64,000 nt of DNA from positions 101,638-165,637 of the forward strand of contig BTVY01000008.1 of NCBI GenBank assembly GCA_045863335.1, given 5' to 3'. Source of the DNA: Candidatus Hydrogenedentota bacterium. Lineage in GTDB: Bacteria; Hydrogenedentota; Hydrogenedentia; Hydrogenedentales; SLHB01. The notes beneath the pieces were generated by a model. That model did not search any database, was not told the DNA's origin, and was given only the letters and a program-made list of their open reading frames with translations. Each line of letters starts with the position of its first letter. The stretch's first letter is position 1. Position numbers and translations under genes: made by a program. Shown here in pieces: positions 1-10,260 of this stretch.

Positions 1-16
1 ACTCGACCAGCGCGGT

Positions 17-1591
17 TTGAAACGATCGCTGGCGCCCGCGGCGATGCTGCTGCTGAGCACCGCCGCAGGCTTGCTGCTTAGCGCCGTGCAGATTCTCCCC
101 TTCCTGGAATTCGTGCGGGAAGCGCGGACGCTCGGATTCGGTCCCACGGGAACAGCGTTGGGTCTTTGGGATTTGTCGCTGGTCGTGTTGCCCCACTTGC
201 ACGGTTCCTTCACCGAATCCTTACGCGGCAATGGAGGCGCGCTGCAGACGGCGGGACTGTTGCATATCGGCATCGTCCAGATCGCCTTGTTGCCCGTCTG
301 GATCGCCATGCGGCCCTTTGCCAACGCCCGTCAGCGCACGCGAATCGAATCGCTGCTGTTTCCGTCGCTCCTGCTCACGATACTTGCCTTGCTCTGGGGG
401 CCGGTGCTGCAGCTTATCCCGTACGTAAACTGGATTGGCCCCCATCATCTGCTCGCGGCGAATGCGTTCATCCTGACGCTCAGCGCGGCGGCCACTTCGG
501 AGGAGTGGATTCATCTCAATGCCCACGACTGCCAGGATACGCTCAAGCGGCTGATGCTGATTGGTCCCGTCGCGCTGCTGGCGATGGCCGTCTGTGTCGT
601 GCTCGGCGCGGTGCAACCGGAGGCCGAGGCAAATGTCGCGATGTTGGGAATCATCCCCGCTGGACTGTTCGTCGCGTTGCTCGTCATTTACGGGATATCG
701 ATTCTGAAACCATCCGCGCGGTTGATTGGATACACGTTGAGCCTGCTCGCGCTCGTCAACGCACTCTCCACGTTTGGCACGAGCATCCCCTTCACGAACC
801 CCGGGAACGTCTATCCCGACACGCAGTTCATCGAATCCTTGCGCAAGTCGGGTAACCGGGTAAGCGGGACCGATGCCCTGTCGAAGTGGCCTCTGCAGGC
901 CGATCTGATTCCTCAGGTGTACTCGGCAACGGGGATCACCTTGAAACGGCAGGCGGATTTCTACGAACGCATCGAAGAGGACCCCTTACTCCTGCGGCGC
1001 ATGGGAACACCCATGCTCTTGCTGACCGGGGACGACATGCAGGGCAAGTTCGCGTCGATTCGACCCATCTTGCGCGTCGAGCATGTCTTTCCGACGGGTG
1101 CGGTCCTGTTCTTTGACAACGAGTCGCGTTCGCGCGTGCGGATGGTCACCAATGGCCGGCCGATCGAAGCCTACGATCCCGTCAAGGTGAACTCCACCGA
1201 TGGGCCCGTCGTGGAACAAGTCATACCGCCGAACGGCGCGGACGACGGCACGGCCACTGCGCAACTTCGTGCGGCTGATTCTAACAACCGGGTCGTCGTG
1301 GATGTATCGGCAAGCAAGAAGAGTTTGCTGGTGCTTGCGGACACCTGGTATCCCGGTTGGCGCGCGACAATCGACGGCGCGGCAGCGAACGTGGTACCGG
1401 TGGATCTGATGTTCCGCGGCGTCGAGATTCCGGAAGGCGCCGAGGAGGTCGTGTTCACCTATGCGCCGGCTTCGGTGCGATACGGGTTATACACAAGCGG
1501 AATCACCGCCCTCTGCGTGTCCGCCGGACTCTTGACCTTGGTGCCGGGGGCGGTACGCCGGTTCCGGCACCGCCGGAAGTGGCAGTTCTGA
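17..1591 (+). CDS. YfhO-family membrane protein (GT-C-like); probably 5'-truncated by the window edge
   Basis: Many TM segments; C-terminal 'LVLADTWYPGWRATIDG...FRGVEIPEGAEEVVFTYAP' typical of YfhO. Confidence 0.75.
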   Translation: MKRSLAPAAMLLLSTAAGLLLSAVQILPFLEFVREARTLGFGPTGTALGLWDLSLVVLPHLHGSFTESLRGNGGALQTAGLLHIGIVQIALLPVWIAMRPFANARQRTRIESLLFPSLLLTILALLWGPVLQLIPYVNWIGPHHLLAANAFILTLSAAATSEEWIHLNAHDCQDTLKRLMLIGPVALLAMAVCVVLGAVQPEAEANVAMLGIIPAGLFVALLVIYGISILKPSARLIGYTLSLLALVNALSTFGTSIPFTNPGNVYPDTQFIESLRKSGNRVSGTDALSKWPLQADLIPQVYSATGITLKRQADFYERIEEDPLLLRRMGTPMLLLTGDDMQGKFASIRPILRVEHVFPTGAVLFFDNESRSRVRMVTNGRPIEAYDPVKVNSTDGPVVEQVIPPNGADDGTATAQLRAADSNNRVVVDVSASKKSLLVLADTWYPGWRATIDGAAANVVPVDLMFRGVEIPEGAEEVVFTYAPASVRYGLYTSGITALCVSAGLLTLVPGAVRRFRHRRKWQF

Positions 1592-1661
1592 ATTCGTACG
1601 AAGCCGCCGGATCTGCCGATCCATCGTGTTTCCCACTGGCCGTAGCGCCGGAGGGGTTGAG

Positions 1662-1828
1662 AAGAACATCCCCCTTGATCCCCCTTCAAAGGGGGAATTT
1701 TGTGTAACCAAGGCTGTCGGTGGGTACGGTGCGATCTGCGCCGAATCTGGGGTTTCTCCCCTGCGTGGTACAACGCGAAACGTTGTACGGCAATCCCCCT
1801 TTGAAGGGGGATCACGGGGGATGTTCTT
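1662..1828. repeat. 35-bp inverted repeat pair (REP/MITE-like), each arm with a CCCCCTTCAAAGGGGG hairpin
   Basis: 1662-1696 and the reverse complement of 1794-1828 differ at 1 of 35 positions; lies between convergent genes. Confidence 0.85.
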
Positions 1829-1892
1829 TGAACTCTTCGCGGGCCCTTTCTTTTTGAGGCCTCCCTCAAGCCACCAGTTTTATTAGTGCCAA

Positions 1893-3035
1893 CTAACCTT
1901 TCCGGATCTTCTTCTCGATCTTCTTGTCTTCGGGCATGCCGAGGTTCCGGGCTTTCTCGTAGTAGGGCGCGGCCATGCCGCCGTCATCCTTCTCGACGGC
2001 ATACCACCACGCAAGATTGAACCAGGCCGGTCCGAAATCGGGATTGGATTCGGTAATCTCCTTCGCCACGCGAATCGCTTGATCGACCTGGTTGTTGTGG
2101 GCCAGATTCACCGCGTAGGCGTTCTTGATGTTGAGATCGTCCGGGTCGAGTTGCGACGCCTTCTCCAGGTATCCCGCAGCCTCCTTGAAATCCTTCCGGT
2201 TCATCGAAAGTTCGCCGAGGGCGTAGAGTCCCGCCGCGTTCTCTTCCAACCCAAGCGCGCACAGCAGCGCGGACGTGGCATCCTGCGCGGCCTGCTCGAA
2301 ACGCTCTTTCAAAACCGCGCCGCCATCGGCGGTCCACCGTTTCACTTCCTCGTCATCCACCGTCAGGTCGGGACTGGTTACGTTGTACCCGCCGCGTTTG
2401 GTCGGATTGCCGAGCTTCGCATTCGCTAGCACGGGCTCGTTCGTGACGATCAGCACGTCGTCCCACAGCGTCTTGCCGTCCGGCAACAGGACCAGCTTGC
2501 CGTCCAACTTGGTCGCCAGCGTGCCTTCGGCGCCGTAAATCCCGTAGGTCATGACGACGTCGAGCAACACGTCGTAGCCGTTCTTGCCGAGACCGTTGTA
2601 GCGCGCTTCGACAGCGTCCTGCCGCGAATGCATACCGGCAATGCTGCCCAGCGGCGCGACCCGTTCGATGTCCTTGTGCATGGCCGCTTCCAGGCGTTCC
2701 TCGATGATGCCGGCGAAAACTTCGGCGGGTTTATAACCTTCCAGCGCCGCGTGGATCGGCGCACGGTATTTCGCGTTCACGACCGCGTCCGCGCCGGTGC
2801 CGAGGATAAGCCCTGCCGAACCCGCAATCCGCAAGGTCTTCCCCGCGGGCGATACGGAGACAATCATGTCCTCCGGCGTGGCCTCCGCGGCCCACGCAGG
2901 ATTCTGCGCGGTCTGGAGGGACGTCGGCCGGTTCGGATCGGTCGTCGTGCAACCGGCGATGAAGACTATGGACGATATGGACAGGATGGACGATATGGAC
3001 CAGCGGGACACGAGACGCGGAAACAAGCGTGACAT
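1893..3035 (-). CDS. TPR-repeat lipoprotein
   Basis: Lipobox 'IAGC'; C-terminal TPR motifs (LYALGELSMNRKDFKEAAGYLEKASQLDP; AWFNLAWWY). Confidence 0.75.
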   Translation of the reverse strand: MSRLFPRLVSRWSISSILSISSIVFIAGCTTTDPNRPTSLQTAQNPAWAAEATPEDMIVSVSPAGKTLRIAGSAGLILGTGADAVVNAKYRAPIHAALEGYKPAEVFAGIIEERLEAAMHKDIERVAPLGSIAGMHSRQDAVEARYNGLGKNGYDVLLDVVMTYGIYGAEGTLATKLDGKLVLLPDGKTLWDDVLIVTNEPVLANAKLGNPTKRGGYNVTSPDLTVDDEEVKRWTADGGAVLKERFEQAAQDATSALLCALGLEENAAGLYALGELSMNRKDFKEAAGYLEKASQLDPDDLNIKNAYAVNLAHNNQVDQAIRVAKEITESNPDFGPAWFNLAWWYAVEKDDGGMAAPYYEKARNLGMPEDKKIEKKIRKG

Positions 3036-3364
3036 GATTCGTCTCCAAAGGGTGAATGCTGAGCTAAGAACAAGCGTGGACGCGGCGTGCAGTGCGCCGC
3101 TCAGTAGGATTCATGCTAACACGTTTGCGGTGCGCAGCGAAAGTGTAAGATTCGTCCCGGCAAACACCGATGGTTGGCTCACTGGGTCCGCCAGGCTCCA
3201 GCCTGGCTCTTCAAGGATTATTCAGAAACCTTCGGTTGCTAAACAGACGACGGTTCGCAGTGCGATCCAGGCCGAAGAGCCAGGCGGTCCCTGTAGCGCC
3301 TCCCCGGTTGCTGGATACGACGCAGTCCACCCGAGCGGTTTTACACTCAGGAGGAATTCCCGGC

Positions 3365-3688
3365 TCAATCATCGCTCGGCGGCTTGCGCATGGCCTTCTT
3401 CTGGCCCACCTTCTTCTTCTCATCCACCCGGCGCGCCCGCGACGCCCGCGATGGCTTCGTCGCCACCCGCCGCTTCGGCTTCCGCCGCCGCGCCGCCAAC
3501 CGCCGTTCCAATTCCGCCAGCGCCTCCGCCTTGTTCCGGTGCTGCGACCGCGACGCCGTCGCCACGACAACAGTCCCCGTCGGAACATGCCGCACCCGCA
3601 CCGACGACTCGGTGACGTTCTTATGCTGACCGCCCGGGCCGCCGCTCTTGAAAAAGGTGATCTCTATCTCGTCTTCGGGGATTGGCAT
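3365..3688 (-). CDS. arfB: Alternative ribosome rescue factor ArfB-like peptidyl-tRNA hydrolase
   Basis: SGGPGGQHKN GGQ motif, 'SRSQHRNK', basic tail 'RRVATKPSRASRARRVDEKK'. Confidence 0.85.
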   Translation of the reverse strand: MPIPEDEIEITFFKSGGPGGQHKNVTESSVRVRHVPTGTVVVATASRSQHRNKAEALAELERRLAARRRKPKRRVATKPSRASRARRVDEKKKVGQKKAMRKPPSDD

Positions 3689-3750
3689 GAGTCAACGGTA
3701 CTCAAACCTTTGGTGGAAGAACAAGCGGCTTGGCGCGGGCAGTCTCACCC

Positions 3751-5046
3751 TTAGAGCTTCCGTATCACCCCAGCCCAATAGACCTCGCCCCGAATCCGGT
3801 GGGGCGACGTCAACACCCAGGATCGCATACTCGGCCCTCCGGACAAGAGTGTGAAGTATCCCGCAGCTACGGCTGCCGCAAAGGCGAAAGCGAGGCTGAA
3901 ATCCGAATAGGCAAGCAGCCGAAAGACTAAAGATGCAATGAGTACAGACAGAACCGGAACGATCAGTGCGCGGTCGTAGGCAGGAATAATTAATCTCCCG
4001 GTTGCGATCCTTCCGAAGACTGAGATGGGTGGTTTAAGAATACCGCAGTAAATGATCAGGCGGTACAGAGCCCCAAAACCGACAATCATCAACGTCAATG
4101 CGTGTACTGCCGAGGGCGTGTCCGGGTCCGCTGATTCCGGAATGTGACTTGTCGTGGCCCAAATCCACAAGAAGATCAAAACGCCATATCCAATCGGCGA
4201 TGCGACGAGTCTCTCGCTCAATTGATCGTACGGTCCGAGCGCGCACAATGGCCAACCAACTCTCGCCGGCGAAGCTGTCAGCGCTTTGGCCGTGTAGATG
4301 CGCTCAATGCGCGTTGGTGCGGGGACTTGGTTGAGTCTCTCCAACCAGTTGATCGCGCCGAAGGCTATAGTCGTTTGGTTGCCTGCAAGAATCAATCGCA
4401 GCGCGACGCTTCCCTGGTCCGTCAACGTAGCCTCCTGGAGCTTGGAAGGCTCGATTGTTTTGGGTAGGAGCATCTGGATAGAGATGAAAATGAACAATTG
4501 AAGCAAAAGCGCCACGCCTATTTGAGGAAGTAGGAGTACAGAAATCGCCAATCCCATAGCGAGACCCATAACCGCACGGTGCATACCGACGAACCAAAAA
4601 CACAACGCCATCATTGCGTGGTAGCCAGTAAGGAATAGATAAATACCCGAAGGCAGATCCACCCAAGGTGTCGCCAACGTCGGAATCGCAAACACTGTAA
4701 GGTATACCGCGTCCCGCCAGTCAAGATGTACCGGACCCATGGGGAGGCGACGACTTGGCTCGAATGGCGTTGCGCAAAGCCACCTCCGGTAGCCCGGGTC
4801 GAAAACAGGATGAAACGAGAGAACTCGGTGGGTGCCGTACAGGAATAGCCCGAGTATGGATACAAAGGTGGTAATGACTTGGAGATATTCGCGCACAATA
4901 GCGAGCACTTCTGGCAGATCAAAGGCTCTAAGCCCGAATGCATACCAGGAGGGCAACACCACGAGAAGTATGGTCATTGGCGGCGAAATGACTATCAACC
5001 AGTAGAGCTTCGATCGCGGCCACAGTTCGAAAAACTTCCGCATCAT
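3751..5046 (-). CDS. Multi-pass membrane protein, putative ABC exporter permease
   Basis: Hydrophobic part of ORF 3751..5565 from 'MMRKFFELW'; start overlaps the stop of the ABC ATPase. Confidence 0.65.
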   Translation of the reverse strand: MMRKFFELWPRSKLYWLIVISPPMTILLVVLPSWYAFGLRAFDLPEVLAIVREYLQVITTFVSILGLFLYGTHRVLSFHPVFDPGYRRWLCATPFEPSRRLPMGPVHLDWRDAVYLTVFAIPTLATPWVDLPSGIYLFLTGYHAMMALCFWFVGMHRAVMGLAMGLAISVLLLPQIGVALLLQLFIFISIQMLLPKTIEPSKLQEATLTDQGSVALRLILAGNQTTIAFGAINWLERLNQVPAPTRIERIYTAKALTASPARVGWPLCALGPYDQLSERLVASPIGYGVLIFLWIWATTSHIPESADPDTPSAVHALTLMIVGFGALYRLIIYCGILKPPISVFGRIATGRLIIPAYDRALIVPVLSVLIASLVFRLLAYSDFSLAFAFAAAVAAGYFTLLSGGPSMRSWVLTSPHRIRGEVYWAGVIRKL

Positions 5047-5822
5047 TTCTGCTGGCCTTCCAAGTAGCGGTCGATATTTGCCAGCGTATCCGCGTGCATG
5101 AAATGGGCGAGAATGTCCTGAAGATCGCCCGTGGCGGAGGTCATCGTGCGGAGCCCGTCGATGGTGTCGCAGGCGATAAGTTCGCCGTCGCGGAGGATCG
5201 CGATGCGGTGGGCGACTTCCTGCACGATCTCTGGCACGGGCGTCGTCATGAGGACCGTCATATCCCTGCGCTCGGCGAGGCGGATCATGACCTTCTTCAG
5301 CGCGAGCAAGGCCGCTGGGTCCAGTCCGCCGGAGAAGGGTTCGTCCAATAGAAGCACCGGCGCATCGCTCACGAGGGCCGAACAGATGGAGATCTTCTTC
5401 TGTTGCCCCGTCGAATAGGAACTGATCGGCGAATCGCCGTGGGCGTCGAGATCGAACAAGGCGAGCAAGCGGTCGATATGGTCGAAGAGCCTGTCGTAAT
5501 CGACGCTGTAGAGCCGACCTACGGCCAGCAGAAATTCCCGGCCCGTCTTCTGCACCGGCAACCACGGGTGGTCAGGCAGGTAGAACACCTTGCGCCGAAT
5601 GGCGAGTTCCGCTTCCTCAGAACTTCGCCGGCGCATGCCGTCGATTTCCACATACCCCTTCTGCGGTGCCAGCGCCCCGGCGATGGACGCAAGCAGCGTG
5701 CTCTTCCCCATTCCGTTGGGGCCCATGAGCGCGACCAACTCGCCCGAACTGATTTCGAGATTGATGTTCCGCAGCACCGGGCGCACCCCGTAATGCTGGG
5801 TGAGGTCGACGACTTTGATCAT
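5043..5822 (-). CDS. ABC transporter ATP-binding protein
   Basis: Walker A GPNGMGKST, signature YSTGQ, Walker B LLLDEP. Confidence 0.92.
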   Translation of the reverse strand: MIKVVDLTQHYGVRPVLRNINLEISSGELVALMGPNGMGKSTLLASIAGALAPQKGYVEIDGMRRRSSEEAELAIRRKVFYLPDHPWLPVQKTGREFLLAVGRLYSVDYDRLFDHIDRLLALFDLDAHGDSPISSYSTGQQKKISICSALVSDAPVLLLDEPFSGGLDPAALLALKKVMIRLAERRDMTVLMTTPVPEIVQEVAHRIAILRDGELIACDTIDGLRTMTSATGDLQDILAHFMHADTLANIDRYLEGQQK

Positions 5823-5880
5823 GTACCACTACCCCCTGTAACGGCTCGGTACAGGCTACGGCAGTCGGCAGCAAAGAATC

Positions 5881-5915
5881 AATTGGACGGATCGGACCGA
5901 TCGGTCGGATCAATT
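5881..5915. repeat. Short 9-mer tandem repeat (GGACGGATC / GGACCGATC)
   Basis: Same class as repeats at about 2966-3000 and 35017-35053. Confidence 0.5.
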
Positions 5916-5928
5916 GTACGCGGCGCCG

Positions 5929-7359
5929 TTACCGGTGTTGCCGGCCATCCGGAGCGCTGGGCTCTGTCTGGGGTGGCGGGTCTTTGTGGTGGAGGAGCAA
6001 TAGCGACATCATCTTCGCTGCGATCTCGGGATGTGCCTCCGCGACGTTGTGCAGTTCGCCGACATCGGTTTCAAGGTCGTAAAGTTCGAAGTCGGCGTCG
6101 GCTCCCGGATAGATCCCTTTCCATTTTCCCATACGGCCGGCGCTCTGGATCTTTTCGCCCCAGAGTTCCCAGTACATAAACTCGTGCTCGTCCTGTTCCC
6201 GGCCCGCGGCGTCGGGGCCGATGAGTGCAGGCATGATAGACAAGCCGTCGATACCGCCGGGCACAGCCTCCCCCGCTCCGGCCAGCTCGGCGAAGGTGGG
6301 CATAACATCGCAGAAGTACCAGGGATGCGCGCTGTCCGTCCCTGCCGCGATGTGCTTGGGCCAACGCGCGATGGCGGGGATGCGGATGCCGCCTTCGTAC
6401 AGCGTGCCCTTGTACTCGCGGAGCGGCCCGTTGGCCTCGAAGAACTCCGGTTCCGCGACGGAATAGCGGTCCGCTCCGTTGTCGGACGTGAAGATGACGA
6501 GCGTATTGTCGTCGATGCCGAGTTCCTGCAAGAGGTCCATGACTTTGCCGACGCCGTCGTCCATGCGCGTGATCATGGCGGCCATGTTGGCCTTCGGCTT
6601 GTCCGGGAAGGCATAGCCCTGCCGCCATTTGAACTGCGGCGGTTCTTCCTCGAAGGCGTCCGCATACTCGTCCAGCGAATCCTCTGGCACCGTCCACTCA
6701 TGGTGCGGGATGGTCAGCGACAGATAACAAAAGAAAGGATTCTCCCGGTTCGCGCGAATGAACTCCAGCGACTTCTCGAGGATCACATCGTGCGTGTACT
6801 GCTCTTTCTTGCCCTGCGTGTTGCCGGGGAGCGGGTACCGCTCCTCGTTGTGCCAGAGGTAGTCCGTGTAATAGAAGTGAGCGTGCTTCTGGTGCAGGTA
6901 GCCGAAGAACTCGTCAAACCCCTGGCGGTTCGGTACGCCTTCCGTGTCCGCGTCGCCCAGTCCCCACTTGCCGAAGAGGCCGGTCCGGTAGCCCGCCGTT
7001 TTCAACACCTCCGCCGTGGTAACGTAGCCGTCGGGCATGGCGATCCCGCCGGCATTCCCGCGCACCGGCGTGTGGCCGGAATGATAGCCCGTCATCAACA
7101 CGCTGCGGGACGGCCCACACAGTGGCGCGCCCGCGTAGGCCTGCGTGAAGCGCAAGCCTTCCTTCGCCAGACGGTCGATGTTCGGCGTGCGGATGTGTTC
7201 CTGCCCGTAGCAACCAAGGTGGCCGTAGCCAAGGTCGTCGGCCATGATGAAGATAATGTTCGGACGCTGTGCGGCATCTTGCGCGAACGCCTGCGCGCCC
7301 CAACCGCCCGCCGCCAACGCCGCGGCCCCCGCGGTCTTCAAGAAATCGCGCCGGTTCAT
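5929..7359 (-). CDS. Arylsulfatase (type I, Tat-exported)
   Basis: NRRDFLK Tat signal, PNIIFIMADDLG, CGPSR formylglycine motif, GKWGLG, FTSDNG. Confidence 0.95.
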   Translation of the reverse strand: MNRRDFLKTAGAAALAAGGWGAQAFAQDAAQRPNIIFIMADDLGYGHLGCYGQEHIRTPNIDRLAKEGLRFTQAYAGAPLCGPSRSVLMTGYHSGHTPVRGNAGGIAMPDGYVTTAEVLKTAGYRTGLFGKWGLGDADTEGVPNRQGFDEFFGYLHQKHAHFYYTDYLWHNEERYPLPGNTQGKKEQYTHDVILEKSLEFIRANRENPFFCYLSLTIPHHEWTVPEDSLDEYADAFEEEPPQFKWRQGYAFPDKPKANMAAMITRMDDGVGKVMDLLQELGIDDNTLVIFTSDNGADRYSVAEPEFFEANGPLREYKGTLYEGGIRIPAIARWPKHIAAGTDSAHPWYFCDVMPTFAELAGAGEAVPGGIDGLSIMPALIGPDAAGREQDEHEFMYWELWGEKIQSAGRMGKWKGIYPGADADFELYDLETDVGELHNVAEAHPEIAAKMMSLLLLHHKDPPPQTEPSAPDGRQHR

Positions 7360-7487
7360 GGCCCCTCCTCGACAAGTTGCGTAAGGGAATCTCTTGTACC
7401 TGCGACGAGCCGCGCGAGTCAATTTCGCACCTGCGGCGAAGTACAGCCCCCTTAGATCTACGGTGTCAATAGCGGTAGTTGATCCAA

Positions 7488-7563
7488 ATCGCTATCGGTA
7501 TCGCTATCGGTATCGAAGCGAGAAGCCCGAAGTGCTTTCGATCCCGATCCCGATAGCGATACC
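7488..7563. repeat. Hexamer tandem-repeat hairpin (TATCG[C/G])n ... (CGAT[A/C][C/G])n
   Basis: atcgctatcggtatcgctatcggtatcgaa pairs with ttcgatcccgatcccgatagcgat. Confidence 0.75.
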
Positions 7564-7652
7564 AAGAAAGGCGTGGAGCCGTCGCAGGTGAACCCTCGTC
7601 TCGTCAGCCCGTAGGCGCGGTTCGGCGCTCTGAAAGAGGAACACAGGTGCCC

Positions 7653-8537
7653 TCACCTGTCATCTTCATCTGCCGATTCCTCGTCTCTCGGCAATATCGG
7701 CTCCAGAAACTTCGCCAGCCCTTCGCTGTAGAGCAACCCCGACTCATACCAGCCGGCATTGTGGTCGCCATGGATTTCGAGGAAGGCTTTAGGTTCGGGG
7801 GCGAGTTCGTAGAGGCGTTGCCCGTGGTGGTAGGGATTGATGTCATCGTCCGGACTATGAACGACGAGTATCGGCGACTTGACGTTGCCGATCTTCTTAT
7901 CGCTGTCGAAGCGGTGGCGGATAAACCAGCCCACCGGAATGAACGGCAGCAGCTCTTTCCCGATTGCCGTTGTGCTGATGAAAGGGCTTTCGATGATGAT
8001 GGCGGCAGATTCCGCCGTTTGCGCCAGTTCCAAGGTCGGTCCCGCGCCGAGGGATCTCCCGAAGAGCACGATACGGCCCGCGGGCTCACCCCGCGTCTGC
8101 GTCAGGTACTCCCACGCCGCGCGGACATCCGCATAGCAGCGTTTCTCGGAGGGCTTGCCGGTGCTGTTGCCATATCCACCGTAGTCGTAGATGAACACAT
8201 CCAACCCGAGGTCGCGGAAGATCTCAATGGATTCCAGACGGTCGGCGATGGTGCCCGCATTGCCATGGGAGAACAGCACCGTGCCGCGGGATTTCTCCGC
8301 GGGGATGTACCAGGCATGCGTAGTTTCCCCATCGACCTGGAGCGTGACGTCTTCGTAGGTCCACCCGAATGGCGGATCCGCGGGCGTTCGCCAGATGCTG
8401 CCGCCGCGCGGAAAGATCATCGCCGTCTGGAGTCCGTAGAACACGGCTACCAACCCCACATAGCCAAGGGCAAAGAGCAGTACGAGCCGCATAAGGGACC
8501 TTCCAACGCGGTGCGATTTGGTTTTAACGTCGTCCAT
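7653..8537 (-). CDS. Alpha/beta hydrolase (ABHD12/13-like)
   Basis: HGNAG, DYGGYGNSTG, GRSLG nucleophile elbow, GDHN. Confidence 0.9.
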   Translation of the reverse strand: MDDVKTKSHRVGRSLMRLVLLFALGYVGLVAVFYGLQTAMIFPRGGSIWRTPADPPFGWTYEDVTLQVDGETTHAWYIPAEKSRGTVLFSHGNAGTIADRLESIEIFRDLGLDVFIYDYGGYGNSTGKPSEKRCYADVRAAWEYLTQTRGEPAGRIVLFGRSLGAGPTLELAQTAESAAIIIESPFISTTAIGKELLPFIPVGWFIRHRFDSDKKIGNVKSPILVVHSPDDDINPYHHGQRLYELAPEPKAFLEIHGDHNAGWYESGLLYSEGLAKFLEPILPRDEESADEDDR

Positions 8538-8703
8538 GCTCTTGATGTTGACCCGCGACTCGAGAGTTTTGTAAACACGCCCCGATCATGTATGATAGGG
8601 CAGTGACGGCGCAAGCCGGTCCATGGAATGGGGGGGCAAGCGAACCACCAGGTTCGTTGCCGGGCATCGCGGATGGCCCCGATCATCCGCCGGAGAAGGT
8701 CTC

Positions 8704-10077
8704 ATGAATCAATACAACATCCTGCTGGAAGGCAGCCGTCTGCCCGACTATTGGTACAACATCATCCCGGACCTGAAGACGCCCATGGCGCCGCCCCTGC
8801 ATCCCGCGACGCACAAGCCGCTCGCGCCGGATGACCTGGCCGCCATTTTCCCGAAGGCGCTCATCGAGCAGGAGATGTCGTCGCAGCCGGTGATTTCGAT
8901 CCCGGGCGAGGTGATGGATGCGTACCGCTTGTGGCGGCCCACGCCGTTGCGGCGCGCCTACCGTATGGAGAAGGCCCTCGACACGCCCGCGAAGATCTAC
9001 TACAAGAACGAAAGCGTGAGCCCTTCCGGCAGCCACAAACTCAACACCTCGGTGGCGCAGGTTTACTACAACAAGGCCGAAGGCATCACCGAGATTTCCA
9101 CCGAGACCGGCGCGGGTCAGTGGGGTACGGCGCTGAGCATCGCGTGCAGCATGTTCGGCCTCAAGTGCACCGTGTACATGGTGCGCGTGAGTTACGATCA
9201 GAAGCCGTACCGGCGCAGCTTCATTCAGACCTACGGCGGCGTGATCTTCCCGAGCCCGAGCGACACGACCGACGCGGGCCGCGCGTTTCTGGCCGAAGAC
9301 CCGAATACGACCGGCAGTCTGGGCATGGCTATCTCCGAAGCGGTCGAAGTCGCAGCGAAGAGCGGCGGCAAGATTAAGTACAGCCTAGGCAGCGTGCTGA
9401 ATCACGTGCTCCTGCACCAGACCATCATCGGCCTCGAAGCCAAAGAACAGATGGCGAGCGTCGATGCCTATCCCGACGTGGTCATCGGTTGTTGTGGCGG
9501 CGGGTCCAACTTTGCCGGTATCGCCTTCCCGTATGTTCAGGACAAAATGAAGAACGGCAAGAACATCGACGTGATCGCCGTCGAACCGACAGCCTGCCCG
9601 ACGTTGACGCGCGGCCTCTACGCCTACGACTTCGGCGATACGGCCATGCTGACGCCCATGCTCAAGCAATATACGCTCGGCCACAATTTTGTGCCGCCCG
9701 GCATCCACGCGGGCGGGTTGCGCTACCACGGCGTCGCCCAGCAGGTCGCGCACCTGGCCAAGGAAGGCACGATCCGCGCGGTGGCCGTCCACCAGAACCC
9801 CGTGTTCGAGGCGTGCATGCTCTTCGCCAAGTGCGAAGGCATCGTGCCCGCGCCGGAATCGGGCCACGCCATCCGTGTCGCCGTCGACGAAGCGCTCAAG
9901 TGCAAAGCCTCCGGCGAATCAAAGACCATCCTCTTCAATCTCAGCGGACACGGCCACTTCGACATGTCGTCCTACGACTCCTATCTCGGCGGCAAGCTGA
10001 CCGACTTCGATCTCGACGAAGAAGCCTTGAAGAAAGCCGAAGCGGCAATTCCGAAGGTGGAGGAAGTTACCGCATAA
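8704..10077 (+). CDS. trpB2: TrpB2-type tryptophan synthase beta-like PLP enzyme
   Basis: [12 protein letters not shown] lysine, [31 protein letters not shown]; stand-alone, about 457 aa. Confidence 0.93.
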   Translation: MNQYNILLEGSRLPDYWYNIIPDLKTPMAPPLHPATHKPLAPDDLAAIFPKALIEQEMSSQPVISIPGEVMDAYRLWRPTPLRRAYRMEKALDTPAKIYYKNESVSPSGSHKLNTSVAQVYYNKAEGITEISTETGAGQWGTALSIACSMFGLKCTVYMVRVSYDQKPYRRSFIQTYGGVIFPSPSDTTDAGRAFLAEDPNTTGSLGMAISEAVEVAAKSGGKIKYSLGSVLNHVLLHQTIIGLEAKEQMASVDAYPDVVIGCCGGGSNFAGIAFPYVQDKMKNGKNIDVIAVEPTACPTLTRGLYAYDFGDTAMLTPMLKQYTLGHNFVPPGIHAGGLRYHGVAQQVAHLAKEGTIRAVAVHQNPVFEACMLFAKCEGIVPAPESGHAIRVAVDEALKCKASGESKTILFNLSGHGHFDMSSYDSYLGGKLTDFDLDEEALKKAEAAIPKVEEVTA

Positions 10078-10078
10078 C

Positions 10079-10247
10079 GATTGCGGATTTCGGACTGCGG
10101 ATTGCGGATTGGAAAAAGGGGACGAGCATACGAAACAAATAAACGGGGGCGCGAAATCGACAGCGGATCGTGAAATAGAGATTGAGACTTGGAAGACAAC
10201 AGCGATTTTCTCTTCCAATCCGCAATCCGAAATCCGCAGTCCGCAAT
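10079..10247. repeat. Heptamer tandem-repeat inverted pair (ATTGCGG)n ... (CCGCAAT)n
   Basis: attgcggatttcggactgcggattgcggattgg versus ccaatccgcaatccgaaatccgcagtccgcaat, between convergent genes. Confidence 0.85.
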
Positions 10248-10260
10248 AAGAAACGCGCGG

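Noticed and set aside
5047-5565. N-terminal extension of the 604-aa ORF
   Set aside because: Out-of-frame overlap with the ABC ATPase; the likely start is at 5046 or 5043
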